Shown piece after piece: positions 20,109 to 30,079 of a stretch of 64,000 nucleotides of DNA. The translations under genes and the position numbers were made by a program. The stretch comes from an uncultured Oscillospiraceae bacterium (GTDB lineage Bacteria > Bacillota > Clostridia > UBA1212 > UBA1255). The stretch covers positions 108,404 through 172,403 of the forward strand of contig CABROF010000001.1 in the NCBI GenBank assembly GCA_902472555.1, read 5' to 3'. The notes below the pieces were generated by a model. It did not search any database and was not told the origin of the DNA. It was given only the letters and a program-made list of their open reading frames with translations. How positions within the stretch are numbered: the stretch's first letter is position 1; each line of letters opens with the position of its first letter.

Positions 20109-21164
20109 ATGACATATAAGCTTGCGATCGTTGGCTACGGCGGGATGGGCGCGTATCATCATACCAGAATTAAAGAAGCCGTACCGGAGATTGCGGTTGT
20201 CGGCGCATTTGATGTGCGGGAGGAACGACAGGAGGCCGCCAGAGCGCAGGGGCTTCATGCATATGACTCTTTTGAGGCACTTGTACAGGACCCTCAGATT
20301 GATATTGTCACCGTCGCGACGCCGAATAATTATCATAAGCAGCTGGTGATTGATTGTCTGCGCGGCGGCAAGCATGTTGTCTGTGAAAAACCGGTAGCCA
20401 TGAATGCGGCAGAGCTCGAAGAAATGATGGCAGTTGCCAAAGAAACGGGCAAACTGTTCAGTATCCATCAAAACAGACGCTGGGACAAAGATTTTGTCAT
20501 TATTAAAAACATTATTGACAATAAGCTTCTCGGGGCGCCGTATATGATTGAAAGCCGTGTGCAGGGTTCAAAACGTGTCCTGTCAGGATGGCGGGGATAT
20601 AAAATGAACGGCGGCGGCATGGTACTGGATTGGGGCGTTCATCTGCTGGATCAGATTATGTGGATGATCCATGCTCCCGTAACGGAAGTATATGCACAGT
20701 TATTCGCTACATATTCTACAGAAGTAGATGACAACTGCAAATTGATTCTGCGTTTTGCGGATAAAACCTCTGCAATCATCGAGGTCGCAACAAACTGCTT
20801 TATTCCGCAGGCACGCTGGCATCTCACTTGCACCGACGGAACCGCAGTGATACACGATTGGTCCTGCAGCGGTACGATGATGAAGCTCTCGGATGAACGG
20901 GACCTCGGATGGACGGATGAAATTGTCTATACAGAAGCCGGACCTACCAGAACCATGGCGCCGCGTCCTCGCGAAACCACCCAAGAGCTTCCATTGCCGG
21001 AGGTGGTCTCGGATTGGAGCGATTTCTATAAAAACATTGCTGCAGTAATCGAAGGAAAAGAAGCATTGATCGTGAAGCCGGAGGAAGCGCTGCGCGTGAT
21101 GAAGGTAATTGATCTGTTATTCGAGTCCGACCGGCTGCACAAAAGCATTTCCTGTAATATATAG
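20109..21164 (+). CDS. Gfo/Idh/MocA-family NAD(P)-dependent oxidoreductase
   Basis: N-terminal Rossmann fold IVGYGGMG..., GFO_IDH_MocA C-terminal domain. Confidence 0.85.
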   Translation: MTYKLAIVGYGGMGAYHHTRIKEAVPEIAVVGAFDVREERQEAARAQGLHAYDSFEALVQDPQIDIVTVATPNNYHKQLVIDCLRGGKHVVCEKPVAMNAAELEEMMAVAKETGKLFSIHQNRRWDKDFVIIKNIIDNKLLGAPYMIESRVQGSKRVLSGWRGYKMNGGGMVLDWGVHLLDQIMWMIHAPVTEVYAQLFATYSTEVDDNCKLILRFADKTSAIIEVATNCFIPQARWHLTCTDGTAVIHDWSCSGTMMKLSDERDLGWTDEIVYTEAGPTRTMAPRPRETTQELPLPEVVSDWSDFYKNIAAVIEGKEALIVKPEEALRVMKVIDLLFESDRLHKSISCNI

Positions 21165-21205
21165 GGACTCGATACCGTTTGATTTGCAGTTATTCGGCAA
21201 AAATA

Positions 21206-21262
21206 AAAGGGGGGCTTTCTCTGCCGCATCAGGTACGGCAAAAGAAAGCCCCCTTTTATTTT
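21206..21262. terminator. Intrinsic terminator after the oxidoreductase gene
   Basis: AAAGGGGGGCTTTCT..AGAAAGCCCCCTTTTATTTTT: GC-rich stem followed by a T-run. Confidence 0.6.
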
Positions 21263-21410
21263 TCAGAATGATTATTCAAAGCAACGGTCCTTCATGGATA
21301 CAAACCGGCGCTTCCCTGCCGGAGGGTATAAAAGCCGGTAAAATATTTGTCGCTGCATACAGGAATCAATTCTGATCAAGTTTTCTTGAATGTGCATTGA
21401 TTGTGCACAT

Positions 21411-21806
21411 TTAATCGCTGTAAGCACATGCAAAGAATGCGATTAAAAAGCCCAGCAGTCCGTTAAAATAATACAGCAGCCCCCATAGCAGACCGAAAAA
21501 TGAAAAAGACACAAACAGAAAATATGCACCTACATGAACCGCATAGCAGCATGCAGAAACCGCAAGAAAGTTTTTTGTAAAAAGATATCCAAAAAAGCAT
21601 GATACAAATGCAGACACCGGAAGAAACAGCATTTTATAATACATAATATGCAGCTCCGGATTGCTGATGATTGTATTGGCAAACAAATGAAATGTACAAA
21701 CGGATAAAAGTTGAATAATAAATACAAAAAAAAAGCTCCGGATCTGAAAACGTCTCCGTCCGGAGCATGATTTTCTTTTTACCAAATGGCCGTCAGCTCT
21801 GTTCAT
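21411..21806 (-). CDS. Small polytopic membrane protein (possibly YggT/YlmG-like; start uncertain)
   Basis: Hydrophobic helices, located downstream of sepF as ylmG is in Bacillus. The N-terminal part of the track ORF is probably not translated. Confidence 0.3.
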   Translation of the reverse strand: MNRADGHLVKRKSCSGRRRFQIRSFFFVFIIQLLSVCTFHLFANTIISNPELHIMYYKMLFLPVSAFVSCFFGYLFTKNFLAVSACCYAVHVGAYFLFVSFSFFGLLWGLLYYFNGLLGFLIAFFACAYSD

Positions 21807-21938
21807 ATCTACTCACAATTCATATAAAAACAAAAACCCGGACAATCATTTGTCTGGATCTACATCCGTCCGCAGGATGACCGGCTGCAGCAAAAGGCTT
21901 GCAGCACAGTCATTTTATACGGATCATAAACAAGATAC

Positions 21939-22547
21939 TCAATTAAAAAGAGAATATGCCCGGTCGACATCTCCGTCTGCTTCTGCTTCTGCTTCGTTCA
22001 GTTCAGCAAAGACATCTACATGACAGGGGGCAATAATATAGATCAAATCGGAAACCTTCTGTATATTTCCGTCCAGTGCATAGCAGCACCCGGATACAAA
22101 ATCAAAGATACGTTTGCGATCGCCTGTATTTGTGACATATTCCAGATTTAATACAATTGTCATCTGTGCTCTCAGGTGCGAACAGATTGCCTGACAATTG
22201 TCAAATTCAGTTGGTTTGGACAACACAACACGCAAGCCCTGGCTATTCCCCATACCGACCATTTTATGACCCTCCTCTTTTTCTTTTGTATCCTGAAAAG
22301 ATACAGCCGACCGATCACTCGTGTTTCTTTGTGATGAGAAACCTCTGCTGCTTGTATTCAACCTGGAAGTAGAAGAAATATTTTTGTAACGGCTTTTTTC
22401 AGCTACTACGAAATCGTCATCGTCTAAAACCGCCTCTGCTGCGGAGTCCGTATCCTCTTCCTGAACATACGCCTCTTCCTCATCGTCATACTCCGCGACA
22501 TCGTCAAACCCGATAAACTGCCTGAACCGGCTCTTAAGATTCGTCAT
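21939..22547 (-). CDS. sepF: Cell division protein SepF (YlmF)
   Basis: 202 aa. Acidic disordered N-terminus and C-terminal DUF552-like core (LRVVLSKPTEFDNCQAICSHLRAQMTIVLNLEY). Confidence 0.8.
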   Translation of the reverse strand: MTNLKSRFRQFIGFDDVAEYDDEEEAYVQEEDTDSAAEAVLDDDDFVVAEKSRYKNISSTSRLNTSSRGFSSQRNTSDRSAVSFQDTKEKEEGHKMVGMGNSQGLRVVLSKPTEFDNCQAICSHLRAQMTIVLNLEYVTNTGDRKRIFDFVSGCCYALDGNIQKVSDLIYIIAPCHVDVFAELNEAEAEADGDVDRAYSLFN

Positions 22548-22609
22548 TTTGTTGCCTCCTCATCCTTTGTGCATGTAAAAATCCTTTGTAAGTCATTAAA
22601 CAAGAACGT

Positions 22610-23305
22610 TTAATGAAAAATCCCTGTCCCGACACGGATGAGCGTGGCGCCTTCCTCAATTGCCGTTTCAAAATCGCCGCTCATACCCATGGAGAGACAA
22701 GACATATTTATATTATGCATGCTTTCCCTTTGCATGTCAATAGATATTTTCCGTAATCCGCCAAAAATTTTTCTAAGTTCCTTCTCTTCCGCACCCAATG
22801 GCGCCATGGTCATTAACCCATCAATTACAATGTGGTCCAACTTCAAAAACGCTTCCACAAAAGGCTCTAATTCATCAGGATGCAGACCGTGCTTGCTTTC
22901 CTCCCCCGAGATGTTCATTTGCAGCAGACAATGTGCGGTCAAGCCGCGCGCAGCGGCACATCTGCTGATTTCGCCGGCAAGATGCAGACTGTCCAGGGAA
23001 TGAATCAGATCAACCTTATCAAGGATATACTTCACTTTATTCGTCTGTAAATGGCCGATTAAATGCCAGCGGACACAATCAGCGTGTTCTGCTGCGGCAG
23101 GAAGTGTCTCGATCTTATCCAGAAGAGACTGGACTCTGTTTTCACCAAACACATACTGCCCGGCCGACATTGCTACCGCAACTTCTGCGGATGTAACCAT
23201 TTTGCTGACAGCAACCAGCGTAATCTCCTCCGGTTTCCGGCCGACACGTTCTGCGGCACGTGCGGCACGGCTGCGGATCTCATTCAGATTTTCTTCTATA
23301 TGCAT
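22610..23305 (-). CDS. yggS: YggS/YlmE family PLP-binding protein
   Basis: Start at MHIEENL. LVAVSKMV with the lysine, and the conserved HLIGHLQTNK motif. Confidence 0.85.
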   Translation of the reverse strand: MHIEENLNEIRSRAARAAERVGRKPEEITLVAVSKMVTSAEVAVAMSAGQYVFGENRVQSLLDKIETLPAAAEHADCVRWHLIGHLQTNKVKYILDKVDLIHSLDSLHLAGEISRCAAARGLTAHCLLQMNISGEESKHGLHPDELEPFVEAFLKLDHIVIDGLMTMAPLGAEEKELRKIFGGLRKISIDMQRESMHNINMSCLSMGMSGDFETAIEEGATLIRVGTGIFH

Positions 23306-23404
23306 CAAAAATGCTCCATCCTTTCCGCCATTTCGGCAATTGGCTATCGGGCAGCGGCTCGCGGCTCTGCGGCACATCTCGGAACGCCGCTGTGTCCCGT
23401 GATA

Positions 23405-25162
23405 TCATCGATGAAATACCTGCCCTTCTTTGACACGCTCATGCTCCACAATATAAATATCATTGACTCTGAGTGCAGCAGTACCATCTTCCGGCTCAAA
23501 ATAAGACTGGCTTGTAACAATTGCATATTTATCGTTTTGAATCAAGATATTCACATATATATATTCAATATAGCTTCCGCGGACAAGTGCAAGCGCGGCA
23601 GTAACGCCAGCTGCATCCCAATCAAATAAAGCGCGCAAAGGTACTTTAATTCCTTCCTGGAAGTCGACGACTACCTCTCCCTCCATTTCGCGTTGGGAAA
23701 TACTGCCGGATAAACCTGAGGTACATTTTAAAAGAAGGGTATGGTCTCCATTTGCTTCAATCACAGAGATAATCGTTCCCTCCGCGGAAAAACTTCTGTC
23801 ATTTGATTTTACAGTTACCGTTTTGTCCCTTGAAAGTGCATATTGCGTCGGATTTTCAACATCCACCGCAATATAATATACAACATCCGGCGTAATACGC
23901 GCCACCGCACTTTCAGCAGTTACCTGGGTTTTCGGACTGTAGGAAAGTGCGGGGGTAAGCGACCAGATATCTGCAGCCCCGGCAAAAGCAGGCTTTTCTC
24001 CATTAAAAAGCGCGTTGCAATAAGCATCTGCCTTTTTCGCCAGATCTGTCGTCGCCGCCTCATTTCCATCCGTATAAAAAGAAATAACGCCTGAAGTCCG
24101 CGCAATAATTTCATGCATAGCGCCGGACAGCTGTGCCAGCAGTCCTTCCCGCTCCTTCTGAAGCGATTTGATATATACATCTGAGGTCTCTAAATGAGAT
24201 ACGATTTCATTCCGCATATCGAACAAAGCCTTCAATTCACTGACAATTGTGCCGTAACCGCTGAGACTGCCTGCGGCGGCAAGCTGCGCCAGCTCTTTTT
24301 GGCAGGCTGCAATGCTGTTATCAATGGCGCTGAGATCGCCTTCCTCTCCAACGGAAACAAAACCATCGGACTGCCGGGCCGCGGCAATCTTGCTTTCTAC
24401 TTTTTTCAGATCCTGCAGCAGGCTTTCATATTCCGGCTGGACAATATAGCCAATGACCATACCAACGGATACGCGTTCACCCTCATTTACATTCGGCACC
24501 ATTTTCCCGGCAGCGCCTGCCGTAACAGTTTCTTCATTCCGCAGGAAGCGCATATTCCCCCGAAAACCGTTTTCAATGATTCCATTCGTAATATATCCGG
24601 TTTGAATTTTATTATCAAACTTTCCCTTTACTAAGGTTACCACCAGCAGAGCCGTTAAAAGAACGAAAAAAATACTTACCCGGAGAGCAGCGCCGAGTTT
24701 TCCCTTTTTCTTTTCGCCGCGCTGCCGGATGCGTTTGGCATATGCCCGCGTATGCTCTGACTCTTCCTTCCGGGAATTTGAATTTTCTTTTCGAAGAGGC
24801 TCTGCAGGCTTTTTTTGCTTTGTTTTTTCAACGCCAAGGATCTTTTTTCTGCTTTTGCCGGCATGGGACTTCTGCGCACGCTTCTCTTTTCCAAACAGGT
24901 CGTCATGCGCCGAAACCTGAAGCTCCACATCGCTTCCCGGACCGCTTTCCTCCTCAGAAGCAACAGGAGCAGGAGACGCAGCACGGTTTGAAGCAGAAGA
25001 GGCATTTTGCCGGTATTTTGATTCTGACGGATGGCTTTCGGCAGCTTCCCCGCTCCCGAGACGCACCAGTCTGAACCGTGACGCATCCACATCTGAAAGG
25101 CCTGTTGACTGTACTTTTTTTATCTTTCCCTTATTTTTCTCATTCTCAGACATCAGAAACAC
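23405..25162 (-). CDS. Membrane-anchored coiled-coil protein, HlyD/membrane-fusion-like, with a ~150 aa Lys/Ser-rich disordered N-terminal tail
   Basis: 585 aa: low-complexity basic N-terminus, a single TM helix, then coiled coil and a beta-rich C-terminus. No ABC or RND partner adjacent. Confidence 0.45.
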   Translation of the reverse strand: MFLMSENEKNKGKIKKVQSTGLSDVDASRFRLVRLGSGEAAESHPSESKYRQNASSASNRAASPAPVASEEESGPGSDVELQVSAHDDLFGKEKRAQKSHAGKSRKKILGVEKTKQKKPAEPLRKENSNSRKEESEHTRAYAKRIRQRGEKKKGKLGAALRVSIFFVLLTALLVVTLVKGKFDNKIQTGYITNGIIENGFRGNMRFLRNEETVTAGAAGKMVPNVNEGERVSVGMVIGYIVQPEYESLLQDLKKVESKIAAARQSDGFVSVGEEGDLSAIDNSIAACQKELAQLAAAGSLSGYGTIVSELKALFDMRNEIVSHLETSDVYIKSLQKEREGLLAQLSGAMHEIIARTSGVISFYTDGNEAATTDLAKKADAYCNALFNGEKPAFAGAADIWSLTPALSYSPKTQVTAESAVARITPDVVYYIAVDVENPTQYALSRDKTVTVKSNDRSFSAEGTIISVIEANGDHTLLLKCTSGLSGSISQREMEGEVVVDFQEGIKVPLRALFDWDAAGVTAALALVRGSYIEYIYVNILIQNDKYAIVTSQSYFEPEDGTAALRVNDIYIVEHERVKEGQVFHR

Positions 25163-26462
25163 CCTTCAGCCGCTGCGCCGCCAGCATAACAGCTAATTTC
25201 ACATTGGAAAAAATCAGTCCGCCCTGCATATATGCGGTATACGGAGGGATCATAGGTCCATCCGCGCTCAATTCAATAGAAGCTCCCTGTACAAACGCAC
25301 CTGCCGCCATAATCACAGGCGCCTCATATCCGGGCATATCCCATGGTTCCGGTACAACAAATGCATCTACAGGCGCCGCTGCCTGCACCGCCTGACAGAA
25401 TTGCTTTAAACGCAGCGGATCATGAAACTGAATCGCCTGTATAATATCACCGCGCGGTTCGGTACTGGACGGCGACGTCTGAAAGCCCATCTTTTCAAAA
25501 AACCTGGCTGCAAACACCGCACCTTTCAGACTTTCCGCCACAACATGAGGTGCAAAATAAAAGCCTTGTATCATACTGCGGTTGCTATTCAGGGAAGCGC
25601 CCACATGCTTTCCGAGACCAGGAGCGGTCAGGCGCTGTGCACATACCTCCACAAGTTCCTGTTTTCCTGCAATATAACCGCCGCTGAGGGCCAATCCGCC
25701 TCCGGGATTTTTAATCAATGAGCCGGCAATCAGGTCCGCCCCTACTTGTGTTGGCTCCATCTGTTCTACAAATTCACCGTAGCAGTTATCTACCATCACA
25801 ATGATTTCAGGATTGATCTGCTTTACAATTTTGATAATCCGCTGCAGCACCGGGATCGTAAGTGCTTTTCGAAAGCTGTATCCGCGGGAGCGCTGAAGCA
25901 TAACCATTTTGGTCCGGGCGGTAACAGTCTCCCGGATCGCCTCATAATCCGGTTCATAACAATCCCCGCCCGGTTCGTCGCCAGTGTATTTCAAATCTAT
26001 CTGCCGGTAGCGGATGCCGAAATCTTTTAAAGAACCGCTGCTAAGCGCTCCCCTTTTCTTTTCACGGATTCCGATTACCTCTTCCAGCGTATCGTACGGC
26101 TTTCCGGTAACCGCAATCAATTCATCTCCCGGCCGCAGAATTCCATACAAGCAGACTGCCAGCGCCTGTGTGCCGGAAATAATCTGACTGCGCACCATTG
26201 CGTCTTCCGTACCGAACGTTTCCGCATAAACCGCGTCCAATGCATCACGGCCCGCATCGTCGTAGCCGTATCCGCTGGTTCCGGCAAAATGCCGCTCCGC
26301 AATTCCCTGATTTTGTAGTGCCTTAAGCACCTTCATCTGATTATAATCCCGGATCCCATCGATCTCCGCAAATTGGACTGTAAGCTCCGACTCAGCAGCC
26401 ACGGCGGCTTCATATATACTCCGACTGATTCCGTATTCCTGTTCCAAAAAATTCCGCAGCAT
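25146..26462 (-). CDS. ynbB: Methionine gamma-lyase family / aluminium-resistance protein (YnbB)
   Basis: 438 aa, PLP-dependent Cys/Met-metabolism fold; whole-length resemblance to YnbB. Confidence 0.8.
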   Translation of the reverse strand: MLRNFLEQEYGISRSIYEAAVAAESELTVQFAEIDGIRDYNQMKVLKALQNQGIAERHFAGTSGYGYDDAGRDALDAVYAETFGTEDAMVRSQIISGTQALAVCLYGILRPGDELIAVTGKPYDTLEEVIGIREKKRGALSSGSLKDFGIRYRQIDLKYTGDEPGGDCYEPDYEAIRETVTARTKMVMLQRSRGYSFRKALTIPVLQRIIKIVKQINPEIIVMVDNCYGEFVEQMEPTQVGADLIAGSLIKNPGGGLALSGGYIAGKQELVEVCAQRLTAPGLGKHVGASLNSNRSMIQGFYFAPHVVAESLKGAVFAARFFEKMGFQTSPSSTEPRGDIIQAIQFHDPLRLKQFCQAVQAAAPVDAFVVPEPWDMPGYEAPVIMAAGAFVQGASIELSADGPMIPPYTAYMQGGLIFSNVKLAVMLAAQRLKGVSDV

Positions 26463-26554
26463 GTCCGACTCCTTTTCTTTCGTAAAATAGTGCTATATTC
26501 TTGTCTATTATACACCCGCTCGGTAGGTGATTCAAGTATGGCCGCCGTCCCGTG

Positions 26555-27421
26555 TTACGGCGATTCATACAGAAACGTCTGAAAGAGCTCCGCATTACAA
26601 GATACATTGCCTATAACCGGAAGCTGTATATCATACCGTTCGTATATACGTAAAAAGACCGGCCTCCATTCGGAATCAATCGTCAGAATCAGCTTGACGG
26701 AATAGAATACAGGATCCTCCGACGCACCGCTTACAGACCGGACCTGCCGCTTATAGAACACCGTCCCGCGCTGCGGCTCTAATTCATACTGATAAGTGAA
26801 CAGTTCCTGTCCCGGCACAGCATCTGCCGTGCCTTCCAGAGAGGACGCAGCAGCAGGCGCGGCAGAGAGAATTGTTTCCCGGTTCAGCACATAATTCGTC
26901 AGATTGCGCGGAGAGAGCCCGTAAGCTTCCTCATACATGCTGTCTGTAAGCATGTCGGGCGTTTCGGTCCATACGGCGCCGTTCTCGTCAACGGAAAGCG
27001 CACGGTAACGCCGAATTTCATTTTCCCGAAACACAATCCGCTCTCCAACCTTTTTCAGCAGACTGACACTGACTGCCTCTGTTGTCATTTCATGCTCCTG
27101 AATGACGCGGACATTTCGTACGCTCTGCTGATAATTGATAAAGAATACGTCGGCGGAAACCGTACCGGCGGTCTCGCTGCGCAGGGACGGAATCAAACGG
27201 AAAACATGCATTGCAATAAAAAGATTTTCTTCAGGCGTAAACTGTGCCGGGGTTCCGTCCGCGGGCTTCGGAAGAAGCTCTGAGGAAAAATTTGCCGCAA
27301 ACGGCGGAGCGCCGTTTAGATTCGGAATCCCGGCAGTATTTTGATGAAAAGAAAGCATAACGGCAGACAGTAAAAGGATAAACGCAGCGCAGCCGGTTAT
27401 CAGTCTTGTGGGAATTTTCAT
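26555..27421 (-). CDS. Hypothetical secreted or membrane-anchored protein
   Basis: 288 aa with an N-terminal signal anchor. No family recognised. Confidence 0.4.
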   Translation of the reverse strand: MKIPTRLITGCAAFILLLSAVMLSFHQNTAGIPNLNGAPPFAANFSSELLPKPADGTPAQFTPEENLFIAMHVFRLIPSLRSETAGTVSADVFFINYQQSVRNVRVIQEHEMTTEAVSVSLLKKVGERIVFRENEIRRYRALSVDENGAVWTETPDMLTDSMYEEAYGLSPRNLTNYVLNRETILSAAPAAASSLEGTADAVPGQELFTYQYELEPQRGTVFYKRQVRSVSGASEDPVFYSVKLILTIDSEWRPVFLRIYERYDIQLPVIGNVSCNAELFQTFLYESP

Positions 27422-28674
27422 TATTTTGCAGCAGTTCTGCCGCTGATTTCCCCGCCGATAAAGTATCCCATCAGCAGGTGGCCCGTGGGTCTGTATATAC
27501 CGGAGGCAGCCCCGGACTTTTCATGGTACCGCAGACCAGTCCTGGCCGTCATATTTTTGGCCTTACGGCTGTCATAGATCATATACGGCACCGCATCATG
27601 CGTATGGGTCCGCAGCGACAGCGGCGTTGGATGATCCGGCAGCACCAGAATCCGGAAATCATCCGCCATTTTTTCAAGGGCACGGAATACCGGCTGTAGA
27701 ATCTTTTCATCAATCAGTTCAATCGCCCGTACTTTATTTTGAATTTCGCAGCGATGGCCGCATTCATCAGGCGCTTCTACATGCAGATACACAAATTCGC
27801 CGCCGGACCGGAAATAGTTGATCGCCGCATCTGCCTTTCCGGTAAAATTTGTGTGAATATTGCCGGTCGCATTTTCGACATTTAAAATGTCCATTCCGGC
27901 GCAGAGACCGAGACCTTTTATTAAATCCACCGCAGACACTACGGCCCCCCGCACATGATATTGCTCAAAAAAATTCGCCAGGCCGGGCCGCCTTCCCATT
28001 CCCCAAAGCCAGATCGAATCAGCCGTATGCAGCCCCTTTGCCTTTCGCGCCGCATTGATGGGATGATCCTTCAGCAGGCGGCGGCTTTGTAGCATCAGAT
28101 CCAGTAATACTTTGCCGTCCTTTCCTTCAGGTAAATATTCCCCTACCCGCCGTGTCAGGATATCATGCGGAGGCGTACAGCGGATATCCGGATCTCCCGG
28201 AAGTTTCATAATCACACAATGGCGGTAGCTGATGCCGGGATAAAATAAAATCCGGTCTGTATGCAGCCGCTCGTTGAGATAACGGATCAGGATTTCGGAT
28301 TCTGCCGTCGTAATCTCGTCGGCACTATAGTCCTCCATGATACAATCCTCATATAAGGGACCGCCGGAGAGCGTCACAAGATTGCAGCGAAGCGCTAAAT
28401 CCGTCTCCTGCATTTCAATTCCCATACTTACCGCTTCCAACGGCGAACGTCCCGTATAATAGATATCCGGATTATAGCCTAATACCGACATATTGGCAAT
28501 ATCGCTTCCCGGAGGATTTAAATGATCCGGCACGGTTTTCACCAGACCGATTTCACTGTACGGCGCCAGACGGTCCAGCCCCGGGGTAACAGCCTTTTCC
28601 AAAGGCGTTACGCCTCCAAGCTCCGGAATCGGATAGTCTGCCATGCCATCGCCTAATAAAACGAAATATTTCAT
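27421..28674 (-). CDS. apgM: Cofactor-independent phosphoglycerate mutase, archaeal type (ApgM family)
   Basis: MKYFVLLGDGMADYP...; metalloenzyme/alkaline-phosphatase-like core. The start is moved to the ATG three codons inside the track ORF. Confidence 0.8.
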   Translation of the reverse strand: MKYFVLLGDGMADYPIPELGGVTPLEKAVTPGLDRLAPYSEIGLVKTVPDHLNPPGSDIANMSVLGYNPDIYYTGRSPLEAVSMGIEMQETDLALRCNLVTLSGGPLYEDCIMEDYSADEITTAESEILIRYLNERLHTDRILFYPGISYRHCVIMKLPGDPDIRCTPPHDILTRRVGEYLPEGKDGKVLLDLMLQSRRLLKDHPINAARKAKGLHTADSIWLWGMGRRPGLANFFEQYHVRGAVVSAVDLIKGLGLCAGMDILNVENATGNIHTNFTGKADAAINYFRSGGEFVYLHVEAPDECGHRCEIQNKVRAIELIDEKILQPVFRALEKMADDFRILVLPDHPTPLSLRTHTHDAVPYMIYDSRKAKNMTARTGLRYHEKSGAASGIYRPTGHLLMGYFIGGEISGRTAAK

Positions 28675-28717
28675 GCAAAGCACCTGCGCATTCTGTCAAA
28701 TTCAATTTCAGATTCTA

Positions 28718-30040
28718 TTATACATCACAGCCATATTCACTGCAAAGTCTATTTTTAATCGCTTCGGGCAGCCAATTCATCCGCGGACAGGCCGACCAGA
28801 TGCCCGGCGTTCCCCGGGACTTTCTCAAAATTTCTTCTAAAACATGCAGCTGTGCCGCACCCACCAGAATACGGGCTCCGGTGATCCTCCCTAGCACATC
28901 TACTGCCGTAATGTATTGTTCTGTACGCAGCATTTCTGTTTTTGCTCCCGACGGACCGCACCACAGCGCAATTACAGGAGGCGCCTGCTCCTGAAGCTCA
29001 TATGCCAGGTCCAGCAGTGTATCTTCCTCATAGTCCGGCGGCTGTACGGAAAGCACAGGTTCGTTTTTGTCCACTTTTTTACCTGCGCCGGGGTCTGTGT
29101 CTGCCCGCGTCTGCGGACGGAGCTGTGCAATACGGGCGGAGAGTGCCGCAATATGTGCGGCAGAGGTTCCGCAGCAGCCGCCCAAAATGACGGCACCTGC
29201 TTCTGCAAGCGCTTCACATGCTGCGGCAAAATCTTCCGGCGTTTGTGTATAAACTGTTTTTCCCTCTATGATCTCGGGCAGACCGCAGTTCGGCTTTGCA
29301 ATGATGGGTAAATGGGTATTGCGCCTCATTTCTTGAATCACAGGAAGCATCCGCTCCGCACCGAAGCTGCAGTTCGCACCGACTGCGGATACGCCCCAGT
29401 GCGTCAAATGCGCTGCACACGCGCCCGGCTGATCTCCCATCATCGTCCGTCCGTTTTCTTCAAATGCCAGTGTAGCAAAAATCAGCGGCAGCGGCTGCTG
29501 TCTGCCAAAGCTGCCCGCAGGCACGGAGGCGCCGTCCTCACCGGAAACAATTCCGCCAAAATGTGCGCGGATACAATCTTTTGCTGCAAACACGGCGGCT
29601 TTCAGCTCATAAAGATCCGTAAACGTTTCAAAATGAATGATATCCGCGCCTGCCTTAAGCGCAATTTCCACCATATCATAAAACATCCGATATGCCTCAT
29701 CAAAGGAAAGGTCTCCTGAAGGAAGCATCATGCGTCCAATGGGGCCGGCTGAAAAAGCAACGGCCGCCCCTGTATCCGCAGCCGCCCTCCGGGCAAGCTG
29801 CACGCCCGTCCGGATAATCGCCTCCTGCTTTTCGGCAAGGCCGTATTTGGCAAGCGCAAACACATTTGCAGCAAATGTGTTCGTTTGAATGTATGCACTC
29901 CCGGCTTCCGCATACGAGCGCAGCACATTGTATACGGAATCCGAATGGCTGAGATTCCATTCTTCCGCACATCCTTCCAGTCCGTACTGCATCAGCATGG
30001 TTCCCTTGGAACCGTCATATACAACATATCCATTTTCCAT
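28718..30040 (-). CDS. Homocysteine S-methyltransferase (Hcy-binding) domain protein
   Basis: N-terminal roughly 300 aa match the MetH/BHMT Hcy-binding domain, including the cysteines in GANC/GGCCGT. The C-terminal ~130 aa are unassigned. Confidence 0.7.
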   Translation of the reverse strand: MENGYVVYDGSKGTMLMQYGLEGCAEEWNLSHSDSVYNVLRSYAEAGSAYIQTNTFAANVFALAKYGLAEKQEAIIRTGVQLARRAAADTGAAVAFSAGPIGRMMLPSGDLSFDEAYRMFYDMVEIALKAGADIIHFETFTDLYELKAAVFAAKDCIRAHFGGIVSGEDGASVPAGSFGRQQPLPLIFATLAFEENGRTMMGDQPGACAAHLTHWGVSAVGANCSFGAERMLPVIQEMRRNTHLPIIAKPNCGLPEIIEGKTVYTQTPEDFAAACEALAEAGAVILGGCCGTSAAHIAALSARIAQLRPQTRADTDPGAGKKVDKNEPVLSVQPPDYEEDTLLDLAYELQEQAPPVIALWCGPSGAKTEMLRTEQYITAVDVLGRITGARILVGAAQLHVLEEILRKSRGTPGIWSACPRMNWLPEAIKNRLCSEYGCDV

Positions 30041-30079
30041 ACGAACTTCCCTCCTTCTGCAGGTTTTGAATACGCGCCG

